From Chrysomallon squamiferum (taxonomy: Eukaryota; Animalia; Mollusca), in assembly GCA_012295275.1 (NCBI GenBank), contig CM022670.1:5952001-6016000 (forward strand): a DNA stretch of 64,000 bases, given 5' to 3'. The notes under the pieces are model-generated. The model had not been told where the DNA came from. It searched no databases and worked only from the letters and a program-made list of their open reading frames with translations. Shown here piece after piece: positions 42,000-54,480 of this stretch (positions are counted from its first letter, which is position 1; every line of letters begins with the position of its first letter). Both the position numbers and the translations under genes were made by a program.

Positions 42000-44900
42000 A
42001 AAACTCATATGAATATGAATAATTTATAAAATCCACATTGATGAGACAAGTTAGATATCATTAATTAAATAAAAAATATTTTAATTTTAGTTTAATTGTA
42101 CTTTTTTTATTGTTTCATAATTTTCACTATTTGATTTGTTGAGAACCAGTTCATTTCAATAATACTATGTCATCACAAATTCAAATTATAAAAATTTATA
42201 TGCTAATCAAATGCAAAGATATTGGGAGTATGCAATTGCTATTTAATGAAATTACAGTATTTTTTGGGCATATGTTGATTAATTCTAATTCTAATAATCA
42301 TTGTTCATCTCGGTTATTATGGTTACCTTCGTATTGAACAAATTTCTGTTAAAATTTGGTGATGTGCAACTGATCATTAATAATAACATTAACATGCAGG
42401 ACATTCTACTTACATAAGGCAGTAATGTACTTAATTAACATGCCAGATCTAAATTGGTAACATAATATTCGTGCCTCATCTTTATACTACAAGAAATTCA
42501 ATTTATGTAAAAGGAAGTTATTTTATTTTTGACAGGTTTGGGGAGATGCTGCCTTACAAATTTTCTATTCTGTGGGAATGTCTTGGGGAGCACTGATTAC
42601 AATGGCAAGCTACAACAAGTTCCACAACAATGTCTACAGGTAAAGCCTCAGATTTCTCAGACCATTAATAAAAATGACTAAAATGATTTTGATTTTTTAG
42701 TACTGATTTTGAAACTACAGATTTTATTTACATATTTTATTTTTCAAACAGTAATTGTTGCATATAGAGCAAACTTTCAAAACTGTACACAAAACAAAGG
42801 CTGGCATGCTTTGGTTTTTACATGAAATTAAAGCCAAACTTTTCACTTTTACCATCTATTAATACTGTTCATTACTACTTAAAATTATAAATATATGAAA
42901 TAAAAATGGATTTAATTCTTTTTTTCTAGAGATGCAATGATTGTTCCATTTCTGAACTGTGGTACCAGCGTTTTTGCTGGACTTGTTATATTCTCTGTAC
43001 TTGGTTTTATGGCTCATGAAACAGGTGTCAATATTGAAGATGTGGTTAATCAAGGTAAATTGTAAAACGTTTTTTTTTTTATTATTTAAAAATTTTTTTT
43101 ATTAATAAAGTAATCGTGAGTACAGTGTATTGTTTATTATTTTTTTATCCCATGTTTTTTTTACAGAAATTGTCTGGTTTTCAGAACATGAAAGAGGTTT
43201 AGATTTAGAATTTTGTTCTAATGCAGGTTGTCATAAATATAGCTTGTATATAAAAATTTCTTTGGATTTCAGGCCCAGGATTGACATTTGTAGCATACCC
43301 TGAAGCTGTAGCCAAGCTTCCGATCTCCCCTCTGTGGGCTATCCTGTTTTTCACCATGCTCTTCACTATTGGTTTGGACAGTCAGGTATGGTTTCCGTGT
43401 TTCTTTCTCTTCTCTCAAATTACCAGTTGCATCAGTTCTATGAATACCATCATGTTTCACCAAATCCTGAACAAACATGGTCTTGTTCTCTCTGTACTCT
43501 CTATAGACCAGTAGTCTTAGCTTGGATTAGATGTAGCATCCTCCTTGTCTGAGATTTTTACTCTGGGTTCCTCAAAAAACAAAACAAACAGAAGGGCAAA
43601 ATAATTTTTGTATTTTTTTTTTCACTTAAGTGATAAAGATCAAAAGCTTTCTTTTGTTATAAACATTAAATGTTTACCATATTGAACACTTTTTGTGATG
43701 ACCAGCTGTTGTTTCCAGTAGTAAAGAAACTACAATGACCTAGATGAAATAATTTAACACATTTGATTTATAAAAAAAAAATAAAGTGGATTGCAAATTG
43801 AATACTTAAGTATATACTAAGGCATACAATTTAAGTATTAAATATGTTTCAAAAGAATTTATAAAGGAAATTTAGATAAACGTTTTCAAATGTCTTTATG
43901 TTAATTCTTTACATGTTTAAATTTTTGTTTATTAATTTTTGCCTTTCTGTTTATCATAAAATGTCCTGATATGTTATGTACATTCTTTATATTTAAATTT
44001 AATTAGATAGTTTTCGCTCTTTCCAAGATTCATTTTATCTGTCACTAGTTTTAACATAAGTCAATATAACGTTTCTTTTATAAGTAAATGTTATCAGAAA
44101 AATCTAAATTTTATGTAGGATTTAATATAAATTGTAGTTTTGTAAAAGTTACTAGTTCCATGTAAAATAGTTTAATATTGCTCAAATAGTTAATGTAACA
44201 CCAAATAATGATTTATGAATCTAATAATATAGTTAACTAAAAAAAGCTTTCTTTAATCCTTGCTTTCTTCCCTAACCTAATTTAAATTATGATACTGTAA
44301 ATTCTAATATGATTTTAACCGATATATTTCCATTTATTATTCACTGCAAAAATATAAAAAATACACGAGTTTCAATGTGAAAAATATTCTTGTTACTTTG
44401 ATCTTGAAGTCAAAATAGGACATGCAAACATTACAGAAATAATGTTTAATTTGGTTACATAATAATGTTTCCAAACTATGAAAGTTTATAAATATTTTAA
44501 ATTTACTTCATAAATATATGGTATTAAATGTTTAAAAAAGAGTTTTCCCACGGTAACTTGTGATTGGAATTTCAAAGTATGTTTACTATATCACATTATG
44601 CCATGTTTGTTCTCACTGTAGATATGCTATTGTAAATTCTGTAAACTGTAAATAAGATATTTTAAAAATACATTGAATTTCTGGGCCATCTTGTAATTTT
44701 TAGAAACTACTGGTGAAGCATGGTGCTTACCTCACATTGTAATAGTTCAAGTTGTGGGATTATCTATAAATTAAAAAATTAAAAAATTAAGAAATATTCA
44801 CTTTTTTCTTTTCTGCCCATTCCTTTCAAGGGAATCATGTTGGGAGCTGTTCAGAATGTGCCATATTTTTATAATGATATACAGCTTAATTTGTGCAAAA

Positions 44901-45283
44901 GCAATAACTTAAACTAGCTCAATGCTGAACAGTATTTTTGTTTTCCAACAAATTAAACTTTTTGATATGTGTTGATGAACAGACAATACATCTAAGTGTA
45001 TCCCACAGCTTGAACAAATGATATGTTGTGCACATGTTGGAATTACTCATCAGTGAGTAAACATGATTTATTTTCAATCTATCTGATCACTCATCTGGAC
45101 TTTTACTTTGCAGGAAGTTGAGAAAATTTGAGTGAGAAAGATGATGAGAGTTTGGTAGCAGTCAAGAATAGAGTGCGTGTCCTTGTGGCATCATCAGTTT
45201 CATTATTTTACTTTTTTTGTTTTTATTTTTATTTTTTCCCCACATGATAATGTTTAACTTCAGTGAAAAAGATAAAAAGTTTA

Positions 45284-45341
<58 letters not shown>

Positions 45342-48300
45342 TTCTGCATTTTTGTGGGTTTTTTGGTTTGGATTTGTTATTAAATGTTTAGGCTTTAATT
45401 TCATAACTGTTTCTGTATTGGCACTGAAAAAGAAATGGTTTAAAAGTTGTTTAAGTCTAATACTTGATATTTTGTTCTGTTATATAAATAAATATTTCTG
45501 ATCTGTTAATTTATTTCAAAAGTTGTGAACCATTTTAATTTTTTTTTTTTTTTTTTTTTATAATTAATGATAGGTTTTTCTTGGGAAAAAACAGTTACAG
45601 TTTGTTGAGGTTTTATTTATAAAATGAAAATATTTTTGGTAAATGAAGTATTGATGTGCCACTGAAAGTGTCAAGAACGAGGTATGATTGGTGAAAGTGA
45701 TAAATCTGTGGTGCTGGTCATGGTACCGAACCATACCGCGGTCTCCCACTTCTGTACGGGTTTGTGCGGCCATCTCGAGTTAAGTTTCAATAGCAGTAAG
45801 TGTAAAACAAAACATAATTTTCAGTTGATTAAATTTTAATTTTTGTTCTTAAATGCTGGTATACATTGTTCATTGTTTTTTTTCATGTTGGAACTAACAG
45901 AAATCTATCGATGTATAATTTTATTTCATGGAATGTGATAATACTCAAATGTAACTAAATTAAATATTCGCTTAAAAAACTGGTACAAAATATTAACTTG
46001 AATTAGTTTTTAATCTAACTTGTGCAGTTTAGTTATTGTATGGTTTTAAAAATTGTTTCATTGATTTACATTTTTTATAGACTGTATTTGATGTCAGTAA
46101 AGTGATAGGATTTTTACTTATTATTATTTTTTTAAAGTATACATTTGTGTGTTTGCATATAAGGTAGGGCAAGGCAAAATTTTATTGTCTGGATAACATT
46201 TAAATGGTAATATGTTAAATTCTAAGTTTGAGTTTTCATTATTTTTTTAAAAGGGTATACTCTGGTTCCTTCAATTATCCTGTTGATTTAGTGATAAATT
46301 TAATACCGATGTTTTTTATTCTGCTTTTTAACTTGGAAACAGTAGTTGTTAATCTTGCATTAAAACAAATTCTGCTAATGATTCATGGGTGAAAAAAACA
46401 TTGTGACAAATTTTTTTGAATTTTTTACCTTATTTAATTTTTTCAATTTTTTTAAACAATCGAAAACTGGTATCCAGTTTTATTTCCATAACAGTTGTAA
46501 AAAGTAATTTTTTCACTTTAAAAGAATCAGTATGTCAACTTGTTTATTGTTTTAAAAAAAAAAAGATAATAAATGAAAATTAATAAAACATTAAAATAAT
46601 TGTTTGTGTATGAAATGTAAAATGTCAGTGAAAGATGATTAATTAAAATTTATAAAAAATATGACGCCCAACCCATGAAAAACAAAATAATAATAATTTG
46701 AATACTTTCCAAATATTTTTTCAGTTAAGTAATCCTGGTTAAATATCTGGGTTTTAATACTGATATATTTAAAAATATAAAATAGTTAAAATATGTCTGT
46801 ATTTAACTATTACTGTCAAAATAAAAAAAACATTAAGTACAATTATTTCAAATTTTGATAATTTTTTTTTTTTTAAAATAACAAATTAAAAATAAATAAA
46901 TAAATAAAGACATTTTAATAAAAATTTACTGAAATATAATTTACCAAACAATTGATTTCTCCAGTGTCCTCATACCATCAGCTGAAACCACTTCATTAAA
47001 TTGTAATTAAAAAAAAAAAAAAAAAAAGTTTTAAACAAATAATTACAAACCATTGTACACATGATTGAAGATTTTATTGTGGTAAGAATATAAAAAAAAG
47101 GCAAACGCTCATCATACTTTTTAGAGGAAACCAATTGAGTTCATGAAAAAAACATTGTCAGATACCTGTTACTCTCATCATTGCACTTTTATACAAATTC
47201 CAAAAATTTTAAATAGCTTTTCAAAATGTGTTTATTTTCACTTTTCAAAGCAGAAATTATAGCAGTTACATGTATATTTTTTTTTTTTTGTAATGATTCT
47301 TTAAGATATATTTCATTAAAGTATAAAATGAAGAAAATATATTTTGCATAGTTTTTTAATACTCGTTTTTCTTTAAATATATATTTATATATATACATAT
47401 ATATGCATTTTAAATTGAACTATTAATTGATTGTGAAATATTCACTATATTTAATTTGAAATGGAAATAAGATCATAAATAAACTGCTGTTTTATCTATT
47501 TCTGATTTCATTTTCTTTTTTTCTTTTTTTTAAACAAGTGTCCACCTTTTTGTAAGTGAAGATTTTCATGTGTTGTAAAATAAGGCCTGCACTTGAATGA
47601 TCTGGAAGAAACTGATTTGGTTACATTTCACCTCTTACAACTTATTTTTAAACAAATTCATGACTTTACTTTTTAGAGCTGTCTAGTCACAAGAAATGTA
47701 AATACATACAAATTTGAATATATATATATATATGTATGTATGTATGTATATGTATATTTATGGTAACAGTTGAACAAAAAACCAAGTCAGTAAACAGATA
47801 TTTATTGAAATGCCTGCCTCATTTTGAATGAACTTGTAATTCTTCAAAATGGAAAAGATGGACACTAACTATAAAAATCAAAATTTTCTGATTTACATAA
47901 CATATATACAGCAGTAATGAGAAAACAGATTACTTTTTATTACATCAGTAAACTTACATTACGAAACATAAGAGTAATTTACTAATGCACTGTTATAATA
48001 AAACAAAATAACAAAAGATGTTTTACATGTATCGGTTAAAAGGTGACTGAAATGTAAAATGAGCGTTTGCCTATGTTTTGATGTGATTGCTATACTTGTT
48101 ATTAATATGCATTTCTTTGATTTCACTTTCTCAAGGGAGAGCACTGGTCTGTCGCCGTCCGGGAGGAGCGACCATTGCGACTCAGAGCATTATAGGTTTT
48201 TTATACCGTATGATTGTCTATCATTGTATACATGTACTTTTCACACATCAGACCACTCACCATTTCACCAAAGAGTAAAAAAAAAAAAAAAAAGAAATTC

Positions 48301-51300
48301 AAATATAATCAATTCAGGAACTACCTTTTATTTGTACGGTAATTAATTATATTATTTAAAAATTATTAAATACATTATCAGTATGCAGTTTGAAAATATG
48401 ATGTATTTTGCCTGTACATTTTTATTTAAAAAAAAAAAATAGAGGTATAGTATTAAACTTTAATAATAGTAAAGAAAACCAATATCCAAGAAGATAAAAG
48501 CATAATGGAACTATTTTTATTTTAGTCTTTTTTATTTTTTTTTATTAAATTTATTTTTTAAAATTCCTGAGTAAAATGTAATAGAGAAATAACATTATAA
48601 CAAAATTTTATTTAAACTAAAATTCAGTTCAGATTATCTGTTAATGATTTCATGTAAATTTATTAATGTTAAATATTTCCAAAAGCATAACTGAGATAAG
48701 AAATGTTTGTTTTTATAAATATTTGTAATCTTTATTATGCATTTTAAATTTCATCACAGTATAAACAATGAAACCACCAGTAAAATATAAATGTTAAGAA
48801 AATGAATTGATATTTAATTTTCTGCCATCCTGTCATCTTTTTTTTTTTTTTTATTTTTTTTTAAATTTATTGAATTTCTTTGGTAATCAAAAATTGAAAA
48901 AGAAAGTAGTTTACTGCAAAAGTTTATAACAGGAAATATATTTAAATTTCTGCCTTTTAAATAAGCAATATTAATAGTAAATTAAAAAATAAAGTTAAAA
49001 TTGTTCAAAAAATAAAATTTATAATCTGAATATTTCTAAGAAGTAAATAAATACTGAGTTGATGGAGAATATGGTAGAATGTTTTAATTTCTTTAAGAAT
49101 ATTTCTTCAATTTTGGCTTTTGATATATTTGGTGAAATGGTGAGATTAATCATTACATCATTTTAATTTTTTTTTTTCACATCTTTAGTGACCTATTTTC
49201 AGGATAGTGTTCACAAGTACTTGATAGTTAAATTGGAAATCTCTGTAAATTCACAATCATCACTTTATAAAAAATAATGTAAAAAATAATTCATTTAAAA
49301 TTTTTAAAATATTTTTAAATGATTTTTCCTCCAACAGTTTATTTTAGCACATAATTTTTTAAAGTACTTGTGAGCACATTGGTATATTGTGTGAACATAG
49401 CATCAAGTCAATCTGATTTTTTTTTTTCATTAAATACATTTCAGATGGGGGTTGTATTAATCAAATTTTATTAAAATCTTTAAATGTCAGACACATGTTT
49501 TGAACTGTCTGCTCTAAATTTGAAGGTTTCTTAAAATTACTAATTTATACACATACTGTGGATAGACTTTTTGCTCAGTTCACCTTAAAGACCAACAATC
49601 AAGTTTTATTTCAAAAATGTGAACAGTCATCATAAGATGCAAAAATTTCAAATCAAATTTTATTCATTAACAGCATAACTGGGATTAAAATTTAACAAAA
49701 TTATTTATATTTCTGAGGGATGGGATTCAAACCATGTAATATAAGAATGAAGAAGATAAAATTATGTTGTTAATTTCTCTATAACAACACATTTGCTTGT
49801 TGGTCAAACAGTTGATGCATTTGCATGTTTCTTTGCCTGCATGTCACAGTTTGGTGTCCAGTTAACATTGGTTTGTTTTCTTTCTTATCTCTGCAGTTTG
49901 GTATGTTTGAAACTATGACTAGTGCTTTTGTTGATGAGTTTCCAGAACTGCTCAGAACCAAGAAGGTTCTCTTCACTGCGGTCATGTGCTTTGTGGAGTT
50001 CCTCTTGGGAATACCCTTTGTCACACAGGTACATTTCACTGGCTTATTTCCAGGATTTTGTTGTTCATTCTTTCACCTTGGTGAAATTTTCTGCACATTA
50101 CTTCCATGGTTTTGTTTATAATATTTATCGTAACAGAAATTAAACTTAATGTGAATTACAGAATTTGTTTTTGAAATTAATAAAGCCTAAGGCAGGCTTT
50201 TGTGAAGTCAGTTACATGGTTTAAGGAAATGCTCCTTCAATATTTTTCTTTCATGTACTTGAAAACTGTTTCATTAACAACTTTGCACTGAAAGGCAAAA
50301 CCAATACTTATTTAAAATGTAATAAATAAATCTTACACTTCAGGGAGGAATCTACATACTGCAGGTGATGGACTGGTACTGTGCTACATTTTCTCTGATG
50401 ATTCTCTCACTCACAGAATGTCTTGTCATTGCCTGGGTCTACGGTTTGTTTTACTTCACTTCCACTAGCACAGCACTTGCTTCATGTTATAAACAGTAGA
50501 CAAAATTATTTAAATCCAGTACAATTTTTTTTTTTTGACTGCCATTTAGTAAAAACAGTAAATAAAAGATAGAAAATGTAACATAAATATATAGATAAAA
50601 CAGTACCCACATTAAAATTTACTCTACAAGTTGTTCATAACTATAGTATGCCATAGAAAAGGTATTTTCACAGGCATCTACATGCTTTTGTTGTAAACAC
50701 TTGGAAAAAAATAAATTTATCAAATCTTGATATTTCATCATTAGACCTCCATGCATTAGTATAAACATACTCTTACATGTCACATGTTCCATCATTGCAG
50801 TGGACCACCTGAGTCATAATTTTAATGTTTGTTACAATTTTCTGATGTCAAGTAGATTTTCTTTCAGGTATTGACCGATTTTTCAAAGACATTGAGTTGA
50901 TGATTGGGTACAAACCTCACAAAATCTGGAAAATCATGTGGTGCTACATCACCCCAGCAACAATTGTTGTAAGTCTGTCATAGCTGCATTTACTTTTGTT
51001 GAGTTGATGTGTTTTGAGAAGATTGATGGGAAGTGTAAATATAGATTAGTTTATTAATGCAAGTAGTCAATGAAACATTATAAACTGTTTACTTCAGCAA
51101 GTATTTTTTTTTTTTAAATTAAACAAATTTTATTCTTTTCTTTTTTTTTTTTTTTATAAAACATACATTAAAACAAATTTTTTCAAAATGAGATTAGTTC
51201 AAAATAAATTAATTTCTGTTCTACAGTTTATCTGGCTGTTCAGTGTGACCCAGCTGAAGCCAGTTACATATGGTGATTATGAATACCCAGTGTGGGCCAT

Positions 51301-51831
51301 TGCCTTTGGCTGGATGCTCGGGCTTATTTCTCTTATTCCCATTCCTGTGATGATGGTTGTTGCTATTACAAAGGAAAAGGGACCTTTGATGCAAGTAAGT
51401 TGATTAATTGTTTAGTCCTCAGTGCCTCCTTTCAGCTATTTCCCACTTCAGTCAATCCATTACAGTAATTAAAAGAATAGACAAGTGGACAAATATGTCC
51501 ATATTGACAAATTGTAAAATGTGTTTGTGAGAGAGGCAGTATAACATTTAATACTAAAGTATCAATAATAAAAGCTTTACATTCTATTTTTTATATCTTT
51601 TTATTTGTTAATTTTTTTTAGCGCATCAAGAAGTTGCTTAAGCCTGCTGAAGACTGGGGTCCTGCTGTTCACATTCACCGAGAGAGGTATCTGTCAACTC
51701 TTCCAGACAGAGATTCTCTGATTTCCAAACCATCAACTTCACCTGCTCCCATCACACCAAGTGTCAAAGACGGTCCTGAACAAACAGTATTATTGTCAGG
51801 TGACAGCAGCATGCCAGAAAGCCGGTTTTGA
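38463..51831 (+). CDS. SLC6/NSS Na+/Cl- dependent amino-acid transporter, glycine-transporter-like (SLC6A9/SLC6A5/SLC6A7 clade), 14 coding exons, 652 aa
   Basis: Exons 38463-38486 (MGFFKIEK, least certain), 39703-39886, 40189-40320, 40788-41085, 41332-41464, 41789-41923, 42536-42639, 42930-43054, 43273-43385, 49897-50028, 50344-50443, 50868-50968, 51227-51394, 51622-51831. Total 1959 nt, in frame. Motifs: [26 protein letters not shown]2 Cys pair with NxS/T sequons, [45 protein letters not shown]. Confidence 0.96.
43448..49144 (+). promoter_or_regulatory. Intronic complementary docking/selector-like RNA elements in SLC6 intron 9
   Basis: 43448-43462 CATCATGTTTCACCA pairs with 44711-44725 TGGTGAAGCATGGTG (15 bp, 2 G.U). 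The same site pairs with 45688-45701 and 49127-49142. 48256-48272 is the exact reverse complement of 49128-49144 (17 bp). Function is inferred. Confidence 0.6.
48136..48207 (+). other. Candidate poison (stop-containing) cassette exon in SLC6 intron 9
   Basis: Pyrimidine tract tttctttgatttcactttctc followed by AAG|G at 48135/48136, and donor GTATGA at 48208. The 72-nt exon is GC/CpG-rich and reads [19 protein letters not shown] in the exon-9 frame (TAG 48193-48195). Confidence 0.45.
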
Positions 51832-52926
51832 TATGGGTGTGTGTAAAAAAAAAAAAAAAAATGGACAAGAGTACTAACATGAATCAGACGACATAACATG
51901 AAGACTTGTTTCAGTGGTGTGTACTACAGTATGCATCTTAACATTTAGAACAATATTAAGTGTCTGGATAACAGCTGGAATCAGATTGTTGCTGACATCA
52001 AGAATGTGTTGTGAGAAAATGTGTATAAATGTTAACAGAACTGTACAGGCAACATTAGCAGTCATTGTAATGGCAGTGCAGCTTATGGAAGTGAATGACA
52101 GCTGCAAGTAGTATGAATGTTTTATTTTTATGTGTCAGAAGCTACAGCTTTAATGTCATGTATAGTATTGTTGCTGCATACCAAAAACAAAGGACAATCA
52201 GTCACAGGTATTATGAAGCAAGTAATATTGACAAAGACCTGTTTGTGTCACAAGGTGCGACCAATCATGTTTGCAAGTCAAAAGGTAACAGTGATTGAAA
52301 AAAAAAAAAAAAAAAAAAAATAATATCTCTTCTTAAGTAACAAAGCTTAACATTTAAAACTAATAAAAACAGCAGTTGATCTGCAGACATCCCAAATTTT
52401 TAATCAAGAATTGTTCAGGAAAAAAGATTAAAATTTTATTTTAAAGCTTTTCAAACAGTTGTTACTAAGGATACACATTATTGAAATAAATGAAGATAAC
52501 TTTGTATTAATTTAGTAATAGATACGCTGCAATACAGTGAAGTTACTGAAATGCACTGATGATTGAACAAAGTACCTTGCAGTAAAATGCTTTAACATCC
52601 CTGTAACCTGACCAAAGTTAGTCATTCCTTACATTTTACTCAAGCTTTAATACACTCATTTATTTATTTATAAACATAGATTTTAAATTCTAATAGCTTT
52701 ATTTTATAACAAATTTTTTGCCAAATTATGTTTATTGAAAAAAATCCAAGAATACTATTATTCTTAACCATATCAGTTATTCAGACCTTGTATAAGGTCA
52801 GTTTCAAGCTTTAACTTTCATTTTAAATTGTAAAAATCTAGTCCAAAAATATTTTTATTTTTAAAATGATTGTTTGCCCTGTTTATAATTTACAGAACAA
52901 TCTGTGTGTGTATATGTATATGTATG

Positions 52927-52960
<34 letters not shown>

Positions 52961-54480
52961 ACACTTTTTTTTTAAATTATCTTGAAAAGGTGGATACTTT
53001 TTAATTACTTTGGTTGTATGTTATATAAAGATGTACAAATTTTTAATTAATATTTTAAAAGTTTAGTAGAATACATTTGACCAAAGAATGATAATGAAAA
53101 GCAATATTAGCCATTGAATGAAAAATTGTTTTGGCTCTAAACAGATTTTTTTTTAATCTTACACATTTTCTTTAAAATAAAAATGAAAAAAATGCCAAAA
53201 CAAAGGTTTATTTGAGCTTTACTATTATTGTGTAACAATTTACTAATACTTGTTAAAAATGAATTTGAATTTGCTCCTAGGTGGAAATAAAATAATAAAC
53301 TTTTTTCAGTATTTTTCTTTCTATGTAATTTTTATCATTTTTTTTAATGTTTTGAAAAACTGGGGCAAGGATATATTTAAGAAAATAATTCATATAAGAT
53401 GCAAAAATTGTTAATTTAAACCTGCTAAATAGAGGCTAATCTACTTTGTATGTGAACAGATCCAGATTTGTGAAGTTTTGACTTTATTACCACACAGTTC
53501 TTTGTGCTGGTAAATAAAAGATTTGGTTTTTTTGCTAAATGCCTTTGATAAAAAAAAAAAAAAAAATAAAAAAAGAAAAAAAGTTTGTTTATTTTAAAGG
53601 TTACTTTTATGAACTTTTTTTTAAAACTGAAATTTTTTATTCAAATGTTTAATATTTTTACAAAATGCCTTTTTGATATTTTTTTATAAAAAAAAAGTGC
53701 AACCCAAGATGTTATACCACTGATTGCCTCTTGTCATTACAGATGACAACTAATGTTAAGATTTCAGGATTTTCTATTTGTATGCAACCTCTATAGATTA
53801 ATACTAAAGATAAATGTCTACAGCAATTTATCTACATTTATTTTTCATTTAAAAACAAAAGGAAACAACAAAGTTTTGTCTAGTTAACAAAGACACTAGA
53901 TCCTGTTCACATAAAATCATGTTTATAAAATACAAGATACACAGTTATCTGACAATCACATTAAACCAGTGTACCATGAAATAAGACAACATTGCTTATA
54001 AATCAACTACCTACTGGTGTATTTATTATAAATAATGAAAAGTTACTGGTTTGAAGACAGCAGATGTTAATGGACAACACATAATGACGTATGCTGATTT
54101 GTAAGAAATTGTCTGGTTGAACTAAATTTTAAATCCTGTCTTTAAATTCTGATACTCCATTCACAGTTCAGTTCAAATAAATATATTTTTTTTTTCTTAT
54201 CATTTCATAAAAACAAATTTGTTTTAGAAATCTACTTGATATGATCTTGGAGAAATGATCCTTCATTAAGAAATTAACTATAAACATATTCCTTTAGTGA
54301 TAAATTAATGATTTAGTCACAAATAACTGATTGGCAATAAATTAACTAAGAAAAGCCAGAAATCTGTTATGATTTCTCATTTTGCTGAAACAGACTAAAA
54401 CAGCTTATCTTTTGTCATGATGAACTCTTGTAATTCAGCAAGCACTAAATATTTACGTTCTCAAAAACTGTTGTCACCTC

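Noticed and set aside
43386-49896. Mutually exclusive coding duplicates of SLC6 exon 9 or 10, or a nested gene, in the long intron
   Set aside because: No segment translating to a TM8/TM9-like peptide or any other recognisable protein was seen on either strand.
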